Shown here: one piece after another, positions 23,066 through 37,578 of the stretch | How the letters are laid out: each line of letters begins with the position of its first letter | Position numbering within the stretch: position 1 is the first letter of the stretch | NCBI RefSeq assembly: GCF_009914755.1 | Contig: NC_060935.1 | Strand: one strand, 5' to 3' | DNA length: 64,000 nucleotides | Origin: the human T2T-CHM13v2.0 reference genome, Homo sapiens | Translations under genes and position numbers: made by a program | Notes under the pieces: model-generated | The model's input: only the letters and a program-made list of their open reading frames with translations | Database searches by the model: none | Told to the model about the DNA's origin: nothing

Positions 23066-25764
23066 CATGAATGTACATTTCTGCTGACCAAGACTATTTG
23101 CTGGGTGTAGACAGGGTGCTGGGCACAGATGGGCCCATTTATTATCATAACAAAGCCACAAGGGAGGTGCGATGGTTCCCATTTTACAGAGAAGGAGACT
23201 GAGGCTTAGGGAGCTTCAGTCATGGGGTGGCAGCAGCAGAATTGGAAGAGTCTGTCTGACTCCAAAGCCAAGCCACGAAGCCAGCTGACCCCAGGGACAC
23301 TGTCTGAGGGTCGGTCAGAGGGACTGCCTTTCCCTGGCCAGGGGTGGGGCTTGCCTTCTCGAAACCAGGCAGAGTACCCCGCAAGCCCCAGATGCAGCCT
23401 CCACCCACTCCCCACCCCAGCAGGTCCAGCTGCAGAGGCGAGGGCTGGGCATCTGGGCAGTGCCACCCCAGAGCCAGCGAGGGAGGAGGGGGCATCTCAG
23501 GTCTCGGTCCAGCTCCAGGCCCCTTGGCCTGGGCAGTCCTGGCAGCGGTCGGCAGCTGCCCTCCTTGGGACCCCCCCACCTCCCCCCATCACCTCTCTCT
23601 CTTAATTAACACCGGCCACAAATGAGCTGGCTCCTGCTCAAAGAGGGCACTGTGCCAAATAGGTTGGCAGCGAGCCTCGAAGGGGTGGTAGGGGAGGGTT
23701 GCTGACCTGCTGTTCTGCAGTCCCCTGTGGGAAGGTGATGCCATTCCCCTGCCCACCTGGCGCCCCCAAACTCCACTGTGTGTGGCCTGCACTGCACCCG
23801 GCAAGGTGAGTGGGGTGAACTGACCTGACGCCAACCCGGCCAGAGCCTGAGGAGGGGGTGAGCTGGGGGCAGAGGGAAGACTTTGCTGGGTGGAGCTGGG
23901 GGAGGCCAGGCCAGGAGATGGGATTTGCCACAGGCAGGAGAGTGGCTGCGGCCCAGTGCTGGGGGCTCAGACTTGGATGCACGGAGGACCTGGTCCCAGG
24001 CCACCCACGCACAGTGGGTGCCCCGGGAGGCCAGTCTACTGTGCCCCCTTCTCTAGCCCCCTGTGCCTGACGTCCCACGGGTGGGGGGGCTCTGGGGGTC
24101 AGGTGGCCAACCTGGTGGCTGGGACCCAGTTCCTCAGCTCCTCCTTTCCCTGGGCCCCCGTTCTGGCCCCTGGGCCTCGACACCAAGCCACATGGTTCCC
24201 CCATAAAGCTGCCTCCAAGGCCGGAGAGCTGGGCCAGGCTGTGCAGGGGAATGGCCCGGAGGCTTGCAGAGAAGAGCCTAGGGCGGCTGTGCCAGCCAAT
24301 GCCAACAGACAGGCTTCTGGGTGTGGCCACCCAGCCCGCCCAGCCCAGGGCAGGGCCTCTCAGGTCTCCCTGCTCCTCAGGCCTCCGTGCACCCCAACAT
24401 CTTGGCCTGTGGCCGGCCCTTTTCACCTCAGCTAGTTCCTGGCCACCGGCTTGAGCCTCTAAGTCCCCTCTCTACTGCACCACCCCCCTCAGTTTGCTGG
24501 GAGGCTCTGGTCCTTACACAACAAGTCATCAACCCAGTTTCCAGAGGAGGAAACTGAGGCTCACAGAGTACCCGGGGACTGGGGGAGATGCAGGTGGGCC
24601 CAGGAGCACTGGTTGTCACAGCTCCTTTTCTTGACCCCCAACATGCCCACCTCAAAGGGCTCTTCTTGCTGAAGGCGTGGTGGCTTCAGGCGGGCAGTGG
24701 CTGTGTGAGGTGGGGGATGGGCACTGGACTGCGAGTCCAAGCTGGGGCTCATGATCCAGCCCCACCCAAGGGACCCAGACCTGCTCCCAGCAAACAGGGG
24801 CCTTTGAACGCCATGTGGGGCTGAGTGGGGGACCCGAGCCTGGACCTGGGAGCTTGGAGCGGCACAGTTCGCTTTGGCTCTGGGTGGGGGCGGGGCCTCC
24901 CGGCAGCAAGCACACCCTGGAGGCTGTGGAGTGCCCTAGTCTGTGGTCTGCTCTTGGAGTCACCTGTAGGCCCCCACTGCAGGCCGAGGTGGCCCGGCCC
25001 CATCGGGTTCCCCCCGCCCGAGGACATGCCTGCGCCATGCTCCCTGGGACTTGATTAACTGGCTCTGAGCCCGGTGCTGCGCCTGTGACCTTGGGGTGGC
25101 ACCCCTCAATGCCAGTCACTGCCAAGTCCTCTGTCCGCTGCTGGCGGTCCCTGGGGACTGGGGGCCTGGAAACCTCAGTCTCCGACTCCCACACACCCCT
25201 CCTCCCGGCCCTCCTCTGCCCCAGCACTTGCTGTCCCTGAGGGCAGGTGCAGTAGCTCCCCAGTTTGTGCCCCTGCTCCCAGCCTAGTTAGAGGCTAGCA
25301 GGTGGCCGCTGTCCAGCGAAAGGGAGAGGGCCAGACCTGAGTGCTCAGAAACGACAGGTCACAGGAGGCCCGAGGCACAGGTGGCACCCGGCCCCTCCTC
25401 CATGCTCCACACAAAACATTTGAATTCAGTGCCAATTGGGTGCCAGGGTTGTGCTGGGCAGCAGGCACAGAGAAAAGAACAGTATGGAGTCCCTGGGCCT
25501 TGGAAGCTTCCAGTCCTGACCGGAGGGGTAGCTGGGAGCAGGCTTGAGAGCTGCCCCGGGCGTGCTAAATGCTGTGGCGAGGGGAATGGGGGCGTGTGGG
25601 ATCTACTGAAGTCTGCAGACTGGGAAGGCTTCTCGGAGGAGGTGGCATTTGAGCTGAGGCTTGAAGGATAAGAAGGAAAGGCATGGAGGGAGGGGCACGG
25701 GGACGTGCATGAGGAGGGCACCCTACCAGCCAACACCTCACTGAGAGGGCAGCGCCAGCCTCCT

Positions 25765-26015
25765 AGGGCCCAGGCAGGGCCAGCCTCCCTGCTGGGCACA
25801 GTAGACACGTGCTTAGGGCCCATGACACTTTTAGGGGCCCACAAAGATGTTGCAGTTCTTTTAAAATCAGAAGAAAACAATGAACTTTTAGGTCAAAGAC
25901 AATGTTATCAGATATAATATTAATACATTTGTCTTGATGCTAACCAAGTCATAAAATATAATTTAAGATATGTTTTATGGAGGAAAGGGACCAACAAGGT
26001 GGAATGCCTGGGCCC
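25765..26015. mobile_element. Ancient non-autonomous DNA transposon remnant (hAT-like)
   Basis: AT-rich core bounded by CAGGGCC/AGGGCCC-type ends; family not identified with certainty. Confidence 0.45.
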
Positions 26016-26525
26016 AGGCTGGGTAAGCTTGGTGCATGCACAGCTCATTTAATCCTTTCCCTGTCTGGAAGACGTGTTTACAGACCTGTTTTACAGATGA
26101 GGACGCTGAGACACGGAAAGTGATCCTCTCACAATGTACATTTGGAGAGGAGGTAAAATCTCCTATTTTGCCCCAGCTGCCCTATGAAAACCCTCCCAGT
26201 AGGGAACCCTGGGGGACTTGGGAGCCTTAGTGAGAAATGAGAAATCCCTTTGCTCTTAGGATAAAGACTGGCTCCTTGCAGACCCCCAGGCCCCATCGAC
26301 CATCTCCTCCCCTTCTCCTCTCCCTCTGCCGTACATATGGTCCTCAAACTTGCCCCATGCTCTCCAGCCCCAGACCCTTTTCATAGACTCTGCCATGGCC
26401 CCTCTGCCTGGAGGAGACCCTCATCATCTGCCACCTCCTCAGGTCTCCTGGCCCCCGGTGATGCTCTCCTGGGGGGGCCATGAATCACTATCACTGCCTC
26501 CAGAATCCCCTCCCAGGTGCCTATC

Positions 26526-26812
26526 TTTTTTTTGGAAATGAAGTCTCACTGTCGCTCAGGCTGGAGTGCTGTGGTTCGATCTCGGTTCACTGCAACCACT
26601 GCCTCCAGGGTTCAAGTGATTCTCCCACTTCAGCCTCCTGAGTAGCTGAAAGTCTAGGTGCGAGCCACCATGCCTGGCTAATTTTTTTTATTTTTAGAGA
26701 CGGGGTTTCACCATGTTGGCCAGGCTGGTCTCGAACTCCTGAGCTCAGGTGATCCACCCACCTCGGTCTCCCAAAGCGCTAGGATTACAGGTGTGAGTCA
26801 CGGCGCCCGGCC
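26526..26812 (-). mobile_element. Alu
   Basis: Antisense Alu consensus. Confidence 0.92.
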
Positions 26813-28481
26813 CCCAGGTGCTTATCTTGATACCCCCACTCCTGCCCTCGGGTGTCTCCCTCATGGTTCTTCCCCGGCTCTCAGCACAGCGCCTGGCTCA
26901 CAGCAGGTGCCCACTAATGAGTTCCTGAAGGAGCCCGTGGACATTACAGATGGTGCCCAGAGTCACTCAGCTGGATTTAAGCTGGGTCTGCCTGCCTGAC
27001 TCCCAAGCTCCAGCTCTCTACCATGGGCCATGCAGGGGAGCCCACCCTAGGGCCCTTGGGAGGCAGGACCTGGGCCGGGAGCTGTGTAGGCGACAGGGGC
27101 TGCTCCAAGGGCAGTGGCAGGAGGCCAGAGCCACGAAGGTGCTCAGGTGCAGGAACTGCCTCTGCTGTTCCCCTGACAGGGACGAAATCCTCCAGCCCAG
27201 GGAGGGGGGCTGCCGAGGGCGGTGAGGGGTGCTGTGTGGGGGCCGGGACATCAGAGGAGACGCAGTGACCCAAGGAAAGCGCTGAGCAGGTTCCTGGGCC
27301 AGGGAGAGGCTGGGCGAGCAGGCACAGAGGTGACTTTGAGGCGGGCACAGCCCACCTGCATGTCCCTGGAGGCCGCCTCCACTCCCCCTGCTTGCTGCTC
27401 TGGGCCTCACCCTGGCCTCAGCTGCCTGGAGGGGCCCCAGCCAGGAGTTGGGGGGGTGGGGGCTGCTCCCCTAAGTCACCCAGCGTCCTGGCCTGGCCTT
27501 CATTCTCCTCTTCCCCTTGTGAGCCGGATCTCAGCCTTCTGTTCTCTGACAAGTGTGCAGCCAGCCCCACCGTGTGCCAGGCGCTGGGACACGGATGGGG
27601 CAGCCCTGCTGGCACGTGCATCATCTGGCTGGGAGACCATCAGGAAAGACAGCACGAGAATCAACTTGCACAAGAATCCCTGTGAGTGCCAGAGGCCGAG
27701 AAGGAAATGCAAGGGAGTGGCAGGGGGCGGGGGGGGGGGGGAGGTGTGAGGTGGCGGCGGGCAGTGGATCTGGAGGGGTGGGTGGGGCCTGCTGAACCCT
27801 GGAGCTGGTGTGAGCAGCACAGCCAGGCAGGGGTGGGGGACGAGGAGCAAAGGCCTTGAGACCTCAGGGGCTGAGGAGCAGGGAAGGAGGACAGAAGTGA
27901 GGGGGCTCAGGCAAGAGCAGCCCCTGGGGGGCCTTGAGAGCCTTAGTGAGAAATGGGAGCTGCTGGGGGGTTTAGACAGAGGAGGGATGAACCGCACAGG
28001 GAAGGGACTGGGGGCACAGGCAGTGGCAGGAGGGGCCTCCTGGCTACTGCAGTGTCCGGGTGACCCCTGCCTCCGGGATGCCTCTCAGACTTCCCCTGGG
28101 GATAGCAAGCCTCCTTGGTGCTCCCACAAAGTGTGTCCCCAGCATCCTCCTCACCCTCCCCGAGCTCAGATCCCCGCCATCAGCACAGAGCCTGGCACCT
28201 CCAAGGGGCTCCATGACTGCCAACTGTCCCAGCATCTGACCAGCTGGCAGGCCTGGCCCCACAGGGGGCTTAGGGGAGCGGAGTTTGTTCTTGGAAATCG
28301 ATGCCCCACTTCCTGCAGGCCAGCGGTGGGTATCCGTGTGACTTGAGGGCGAGTCGTTTAAAACATGTTTTAGATTAGAAACACCCCGCAGATGGAATAA
28401 CATGTGAAATGTGCTGGATTTTGAAGATAAAATAAGAGACTTCAAAGGCCCCTCAAGCTGTGAGAGCAGTTGCTTGTTTGA

Positions 28482-29107
<626 letters not shown>

Positions 29108-30781
29108 TGAAACCCCCAGCTGTGATCTCGGGTCAGCTGCCCCACCTCCTGGGGCCTCAGTTTCCTCATCTGTAGGGGGGGTGATCATTTAACTGAGGCC
29201 CTTGTGAGGCATAGATGATAAAGTTAAAAATGCCCGTAAAACCTACAGCCTCATAGGGCTTCACTGTGGCAGTGGGCCCCGAAGCTGGGTGGGGGCGGTT
29301 CCTGGGGGCAGAAGGTCCCAGCACTCCTGGTAAGTCAGGGAGAAGGATTTGAACCCCGCTGCTCCAGGGCTAAGCCCCTCACCACGTCTTCTCTGACGAG
29401 CCTGGGAGCTGCTCAAAGCTGCTGGGGTGGTACCCAGCTGGGCATCCCCACTAGATTCCCCTGGGTCTCCTCCTTCCCACTGGGCCCATTCCAGGCCCTC
29501 CTTTCCCCGACTCCCCTGTACCTCAGAGCGGCCTCCTTCACTCCCACACACCTCCAGGTGCCCCCTGCCTGTTTGCCCACGTCCACTCCACTCTATAGCC
29601 CCTCTTCCTGGTCTAATCGAGGCATCCCACCCCCACGCCTCTCCCCATAAAAGCCTCACAGTTCACTGTTTGAAATGGCGTGGCTGCGGTTCCAGCTGGC
29701 CTGGGCCTCTCTTGTCTGCTTCCTGCCTGGGTTTCTTGGGCTCTGTCTGCCTGGCTGCCTGGGCCCCTGGAGACCCAAGCTCCTGGCCAGTCTCACCCCA
29801 AGCTGTCCCCTAAACCCCTGGCAACATGGAGGTCCCCCTCAACACCCCCTCTCCAAGCCCTGTCCCCAGGCACCTTCCACTTATTGCTATTTTCCTAAGT
29901 AAAAAATTCATGTTCATTCCACCAAATGGAATACCATGAGCATGCAACACAAAAACAAGAGAAACGCAAGTCAGCTGCTCGCTCATGGCGCAGACTCGGC
30001 TCGCCCCATTCCCATGGCCCTGAAGGACCTTCCAGACTTTAAAACGAAACAAAAAATAGCTGATGACACATTTATCAAATAAGTTCTCCGTGCTTTGCAT
30101 TGGGCCAAGTATTTCCAGTGGCTTCTTTCATTTCGCCCTCCCCACAAGAGCCCGTTGAGGGGGTCCTATGATTTTTCCCACTTTACAGATGAGAAAATAG
30201 AGGTTCGCAGAGGCTGAGTGACTTGCCCAAGGTCATGCAGCTGGGGAGTGGGGAGCTGGGTCTGAATTGGGCTGTCTGACTTCCATGGGAGGACTGAGCT
30301 GCTGCACTGCAGGACCCCCAGCTGCTGCCTGGGCCTCCCCTCTCCTGGGCGCCATGGGGCAGGCACTCAGCATCCCACATTAGCATAACCATGAGCATCC
30401 CTGAAACTCAATTACCAGGAGATGGCTTGGGCCCCAGCCAGCCGGGCAGTCTCCATCCTTGCAAGAATGAGGGGCTGGTGATCCAGGGAGCCTTGGCGGG
30501 TGGGAGGGTGGAGGGCATCAGAGAAGATGAGGGAGGAGTTGGGGGGCCTTAGGACGGCCATGGACCCCTCAGTCTGTGGGTCTTGAAGGCAGCCTTGACC
30601 CCTAGGAAAGGTCAAGGCCCAGCCCCAGCTGGGCAGGCCCGACTGCCCCGTAGGAAAAGTCACGGGTTCCTCTGCACCCAGCTTGCTGGGTGACCCCAGA
30701 AAGCCCCTTGCCTCTCTGTGATTCAGCTTTCTTCTAAAAGGAGAAAACCAGAAGCTATTTTATTGTTCTTTAATTTTTAAA

Positions 30782-31053
30782 TTTTTTTTGAGACAGAGTC
30801 TCACTCTGTCGCCCAGGCTGGAGTGCAGTGGTGCTACCTGGGCTCACTGCACCCTCCACCTCCCAGGTTCAAGAGATTCTGCCAGGCCTCAGCCTCCTGA
30901 GTAGCTGGGACTACAGGCACACGACACCACACCCATCTGATTTTTGTATTTTTAGTAGAGACGGGGTTTCACCATGTTGGCCAGGCTAGTCTTGAACTCC
31001 TGACCTCAAGTCAAAGTACTCAGATTACAGGTAGGAGCCACCATACCCAGCTG
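30782..31053 (-). mobile_element. Alu
   Basis: Antisense Alu consensus with internal deletion. Confidence 0.9.
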
Positions 31054-31516
31054 GGGCTATTTTAGTAGAAAACAAAGCAGGAGTTTGCACAAGGAAAGAG
31101 TGAGCACCAGCTCTGAACAGCCAGGCCAGCCTGGGCTCCCCCTGACTCCCAGATCCCCATCCCAGGAGGCGTGGCTGCTGTGGCCTCCTACATAGGCGGC
31201 TCCTCAGCTGCCCCTCACCCCTCATGCCTTCCTCTCCCAGCAACTGATGAGCCTTTTCCATGCATTTCCTGCATGGATGAATCAACCTCACAAAACAGCG
31301 GAAGCCCCCTCCCTGCAGAGGTGTCCACTATTCTGGATTTGGCATGTTATTTTCTTTAGAGTTTTACTATGCGTGCCCCTCAACAAGGTAAGATAGGTTC
31401 TGTGTCTTTGAGTTTTGTATAAACGGGAGCTCCCGGTTTGCTGTTATTATTCATTGCAATGCTTGTAAGATTTATCTGGGCAGGCCCACACTGCTCTCAT
31501 GGGCCCCCTCCCCGCT

Positions 31517-32128
<612 letters not shown>

Positions 32129-32384
32129 TCACTGGTGTTTAATGTTCCATGGTGGAACTACCCCACGCCCAGCCACCCATTCTCCCACTGACCCACAGTC
32201 AAGCATGCTTGGTTTTGTCTCATGCAAACACAGTGGCAGTAGCATCTTTACACGCCCCATGCACACATGCACCAGAATTTCTCTTGGGTCCACACTTAGG
32301 AGTGGGCTGCTGGGTTGTGGAGTGCGCATATCTTAACTTTACTAGTTATTGCCAAATTGCTCTGCAAAGTGGTTGTTCAGATGA

Positions 32385-32920
32385 TCGTGTTAAAATATAA
32401 ATTAGATCGTGTCACTTCCCTGCTTAAAATTCTCCAATAGCTTCCGATTATACTTAGAATAAAATCCATGCTTCCCTCCATGGAGGCATGGCTGTATCCC
32501 ACACCCCTCCCCCACAATTTCCTGGCCTCTTTTCTCTTCCTTCAATAGGTCTGGCTCTTTCATGCCCCAGGGCCTTTGCACATACGTTTCCCTCTGCCTG
32601 GCACACTCTTCCAGCTCTTCCCAAGCTGAGCTCCTTCTTATCCTTCAGGACTCAATGAAAATGTCACCTCCTCTAAGGGGCTGCCCCTGACCACCCAGTT
32701 AAAAGGCCTTCTGCCCCATTCCCCTTATCAGCCTCTTTATTTCCTCTGGAGCCCACACCCTGTGCCCATAATGACCTCATCCTCTGATGTGTTTGCTGGT
32801 TTATTAACAGCATGGCAGCCTGTGGGGAGACGACCTCATTTGCTTTGTACATTCCTGGATCCCAAAGGCCGGCATGGCCTGGCACCTAAGAGCTCCTCTT
32901 ATGACTACTCATTCATTCAA
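32385..32920. mobile_element. L2 LINE fragment
   Basis: GATCGTGTCACTTCCCTGCTTAAAA...CAGGGCCTTTGCACAT...AATGTCACCTCCTC. Confidence 0.65.
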
Positions 32921-34319
32921 CAGACATTGATGAGGCCACCGATGTCACAGAGGGTTAGCAGTGGGGAAGGGGCTTTGCAGAGGGGAGTGTGGCTGAGAGG
33001 AGGGCAGAGAGGTGACCAGGCCCACGGGGCCCTCCCTGATCCTTCTCCCACAGTCATGGGGTGTCATGGCGGGTGCTGGAGCTGGGAGCAGCAGGGTTGG
33101 TCTTGCCCTTTAGAAAGACCCCCTTTAGAGCTGGGGAAGGGAGCAGATTGAAGAGGTGGTCCTGGAGGCAGGGGCTGCAGGGATGGTGGTGGCTGAGGAT
33201 GGGTTGAGGGAGGGCTGGGAGAGGCGGCATGATTGAGCCCATGGGACCAAAGAGAAGACCGTGGAGATGGGACTGGATCAAGGATGCGATTGGCTCAGAA
33301 CTGGCTCAATCCAGTCAATGGAAGAGCACATGGTCTATGAAGACACAGTGGTAGCTGTAGCCCCGCCACCCTCCTGCCCATGGGGGCTTCCACCACCCTC
33401 TGCAGGAAGCTGGGAAGGGGCTCATTCATGTCTAGCCCACCCAGAGGCTCAGGTCTTAACCTCTGGGGTTATAGGTTATAGCCTCCCCCTGGCCCCCAGT
33501 GACCGCTTTGAACACTTCCCCAGACGCTGCCTGTAAGCACTACACTCAGCCTACAATTTCCGTGGGAGGATCCTCCCGGGGCCCCCAGCAAGGAGCCCTT
33601 GACCTAGGTTCCCCTCCCCCACCACGGATTTGAAACCGAGGCCCTAGAAGGAAAGGAACTGGAAGAAGGTGGCACAGCTGAATTGTCACTTTGCTTTTTA
33701 GAATAGGAAGTGTTGCACCAAGGCCAAAAACGTTCCCTTCTCAGTAAAGACAGAGGAAAGGCAGCAGCCACTTGCTGCGCAGGGAATCTAAGTCAGACAC
33801 CAGGAAGCACCGTCCTCTGCCTGCCGGGCACCCGCCACCTCTCTGCAGCCAGTGGCTGCTCACCCTCTGAGGCTGCCCAGGACTCTCAGGATGCGGGGCT
33901 GGGCAGGCGGAAGAAGCAGTTGTGTCTGACTCTAAAACTAGTGCTTCCCCAGTGGGGAGTGCTGGGGAGGCGCATGGGAAGGGCCGGGTGGGGTGGGGAC
34001 CAGGCCTTCTAGTTCCCTGCTGTCCCCAGCGCCAGGGCCTGTGCTGAGGGTCTGGAGCCGAGGGGGCCCCTTGCCCTGTGTTATTACCCCTCCCAGGCCT
34101 TGTCCTGTGGGGACACGACAGGACCCTAGCCTGGTCCCTGCCTGCCTGCCTTAGGGCCCCCCTGGCCTGGGCGCCTCCTCTTCTCTGTTCCCCTGCCCTC
34201 CCAGCTTGGGCTCCACGCTGCAGAGGGAGGAGGGAGAGGGAGGAGGGAAAACGGTGGAGGGAGGTGGGAGGCAGGAGGCGGAAGGAAGGAGCAGGAGGCA
34301 GGAGGAGGTCAGTGTGGCA

Positions 34320-34594
34320 GCCATTGGTATGCGAGGCCCGGCCTCAGCCCCTCTGCTCCCTCCGCGGCCCAGCCTTTCTGCTCAGCTCTTTAAGAATCCC
34401 TCCTCGGCAGCGGCAGCGTGCTGGTTGCTGGGCAACCCCATCGCGCCCCGCCCCCTGCCGCTGGCGCTGGCCCTCTTCCCCTCCCCCTCCTCCCGCAGCT
34501 CCTCCCAGTGCCCCCAGCCTCAGCGGCGCTGGTGCTCCTAGCTCAGAACCTGCCAGGCCTGGCTGCTGGGGGCACCTGTGCCCGGCAGGTAAGT
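34320..34594 (+). promoter_or_regulatory. Candidate + strand promoter and first exon (RFX X-box, ATTGG, TATA-like, donor at 34588)
   Basis: ATTGG 34323, TTTAAGAA 34389, GGTTGCTGGGCAACC 34423-34437, CAG|GTAAGT 34588/34589, local CpG enrichment. Confidence 0.5.
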
Positions 34595-36566
34595 GGCTTT
34601 GAGTGACTACATCCAGCCCCAGCTCTGGAGTACAGCTCTGCCTCCCAGGACTCAGGGAGGGAGACCCTGGGCTTAGGACACTCTTTCTCCTTACTTCCCT
34701 GCCCCTGGAGCACCTAGGCCAGCAGGCGAGGGCAGGTGAGGGGTCCCAGAAGATGCCATCTGTTTCCGCAACCCCAGCTCTGCAGCCCCAGGACTCTGGG
34801 AGAGGGACCCTGGACTCAGGGCACCCCACCTCAGACTCTCCCATCCCCACCTCCCCGCCCCAGGGCACCATCTGTGGCCTTAGCTTTATTGGCATCTGTT
34901 GGGGGACAGAGACAACCCAAGGGGAAGGGCGAGGAGCTGCTTGAGTTCCCAGTGAGGTGGGGAGTGGCCACCTGCTGGGGTTGGTTGAGCCGGGTGCTGG
35001 GATGTGGGCGCTGGGCCTCAAGAGCCTTTGCGCTGTGGGGGAGGCTGAGGCCATAAAGCAGCTCACACGGGCAGAGGAACGGGAGGGGAGATGAGGGGGC
35101 TGCAGAGCTTGGGGCCCCTGAAACAGGCATCTGGCGGCCGGCAGAAGAGGCACAGTGACGGGGTGGGGGGATCCCCAGTAGAGGTCTCTGAGACACCAAT
35201 CTCAGAGCCTCCTGCATCCCCTACCTCGGGCAGTCACAGGGACCCCGTCCCCTGGCTCCCTGATGTCTTGGGGCTGCCACCCTCTCTTTGGATCAGGCCC
35301 TACCTCTCGCTCCCAATGGCATCCCCTTCCTCACTGTCCCGGGGGTCCAGCCCCCATTTGCTTCCACCTGCCACAGACTCTGCACCATCCAGAAGGCCCA
35401 GTCTCTCTCCTGGAGGCCCTTCCCAGCCCACCCTGCGCAGCTGGCCTCGCCCCCACCCCCCTCTCGGACCCATGCCCATGAGCTGCTCGTCACACAGCCC
35501 TCCCTACCCTGGCTGAGGCTGGTGTCTCCACAGGGCTGTCTTTCAGGACACAGTTCACATCTCCTTCCTGAACTTGGGATGTGTGTAACAGGTGAATGAC
35601 AGCTGGAGTAAAGGAAGGTCTAAATCACCGCAAAAAGCATATTCTCTGCTGGGAATGATCGCTGAGAAGGGAGGGAGCCGGGAGAGGCAGCCCTGAGTGT
35701 CTGGAAGGGATGGGGGCAGGGGAGGTGATGTCACTGGTGGGGAGCAGAGGAAGCTCCCAAGGGAAGGAGGGGCCCATGAGAGAAGCCTGGCCACCAACCG
35801 CCTCAGTCCTGCTGGGGCTGGGGGCTGACCAGCTGACAGGTGGAACAACCACCCCCCGGGTGACACAGTCTTGCCTTTGCCCAGGCCTGCGTTCCCACCC
35901 TCTCTGGCGTCTGTCTCCCCACCCACCCAGGGGCAGCTGGTTAGACCTGATCTCCCCCGTCATGTCTCCATCACCCCCCAAACTCACACCCAGACTCTAC
36001 CCACCCCCCAGTAGCTGGATGTGCATCTGGCCCCCCAGAACCCCAGGAGCCATCATCTCCGGGCAATTCCCAGTTTTATGAATCATGGTTGGCCTTGGGA
36101 CAGCTCCGTCATTGTTGCCTTGAAGGGCTCTGTCAGCCTGATGCTCGCTCCTGTTTAATGTTCTGTCCATTCATTCACCACATTCACCAATGCCTGACCA
36201 TGCTGTCCCCACATGCTGGACACTGTAGCAGGGGTTGGGGACATGCAGGAACCCAAATAGGCCCGGCTGTGCCCTCAAGGTGCCGACAGTCTGGTGCAGA
36301 GATGAATACTAACAAAACACACATCACTGGACACAGGTGCCTGTGATTCTAAGTCACGATACTATTGTACGTACTCCCCAGGAAGCAAACACAACGCCAG
36401 AGAAAAAATCAGCCACACCCGGATCTTAGAGATGTGGACATGTTGGCCGGTAGATGAAAAACGCAGTCATAGAAATCATAAGCAATCACCAACGAGCTGA
36501 GTGCTACAAAACAGAAGTGGAGGAGGGAGACAGAAGAAGGTGACCTAATCGGGAAGGTGGGGTTAG

Positions 36567-36697
36567 AAGCTGGGCATGGTGGCGGCACCTGCAATTCCAG
36601 CTACTCGGGAGGCTGAGGTGGGAGCATCGCTTGAGCTCAGGAGTTCGAATCCAGCCTGGGCAACATAGTAGATCCTGTCTCTTAAAAAAAAAAAAGG
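36567..36697 (+). mobile_element. FLAM / Alu monomer
   Basis: GCTGGGCATGGTGGCGGCACCTG...CCTGTCTCTTAAAAAAAAAAAA. Confidence 0.85.
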
Positions 36698-37273
36698 AAG
36701 GTGGGTGGGTGGTGGGGATGTGGGGGTTAGGGAGGCCTTTCTGATGATAGGTTGGCCAGGCTCTGGGCTGATGAGGAGGAGTTGGTTAGGACTGGAGAGG
36801 CGGAAGGGTGCAGAGAAGTAAGACCCTTGTTTCAAGGCCTGGGGGCAGGAGCATGCTGAAGGGAGGGATGAGGATGAGGAGGAGGCAGGCACTGGAGCAG
36901 GGCTGGAGGGGTGCTCTTGTCCTGGCTGGCAGCCTCCCCGGTGCCAGTGGCCTGGTCTGACCTGCCTTGGGCCCCTCCCTGCTCCCAGCACCAGTCCTGG
37001 GGGTTGCTGACTTCACCCTACCTGGCTTTGTCCCTTCTGTGCCTGCTCCTTGGGGCACCCTCTCTGGGACTTTCCTCCTGGGCTGGAGGTCTTGCTCTCT
37101 GGCTCTCCCTGAAGCTCTGCGCCAGGGCCCACCCTCCTGGTCCTAGACCTTGTGCTTAGAGGGGAGAAGCCCCAGCCCTCTGTGTTGTGCATAATGGTGG
37201 GAGGGGAGCACAGTGGAGTTAGAACTTGGATCAGAGAAGCTGCTGGAGCCTGCCTGCCTGCCTGCCTGCCTTC

Positions 37274-37578
37274 CTTTTTTTTTTTTTTTTTTTTTTGTGA
37301 CGTAGTCTCACTCTGTCGCCCAGGCTGGAGTGCAGTGGCACAATCTCTGTTCACTGGCAACCTCCGCCTCCCAGGTTCAAGTGATTCTCCTGCCTCAGCC
37401 TTCCCAGTAGCTGGGATTACAGGCATCCGCCACCATGCCAGCTAATTTTTGTATTTTTAGTAGAGACGGGGTTTTGCCATGTTGGCCAGGCTGGTCACGA
37501 ATGGCTGACCTCAAGTGATCCACCTGCCTCGGCCTCCCAAAGTGCTGGGATTACAGGCGTGAGCTACTGCACCCGGCC
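37274..37578 (-). mobile_element. Alu preceded by (CCTG)n
   Basis: Poly-T head plus antisense Alu consensus. Confidence 0.93.
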
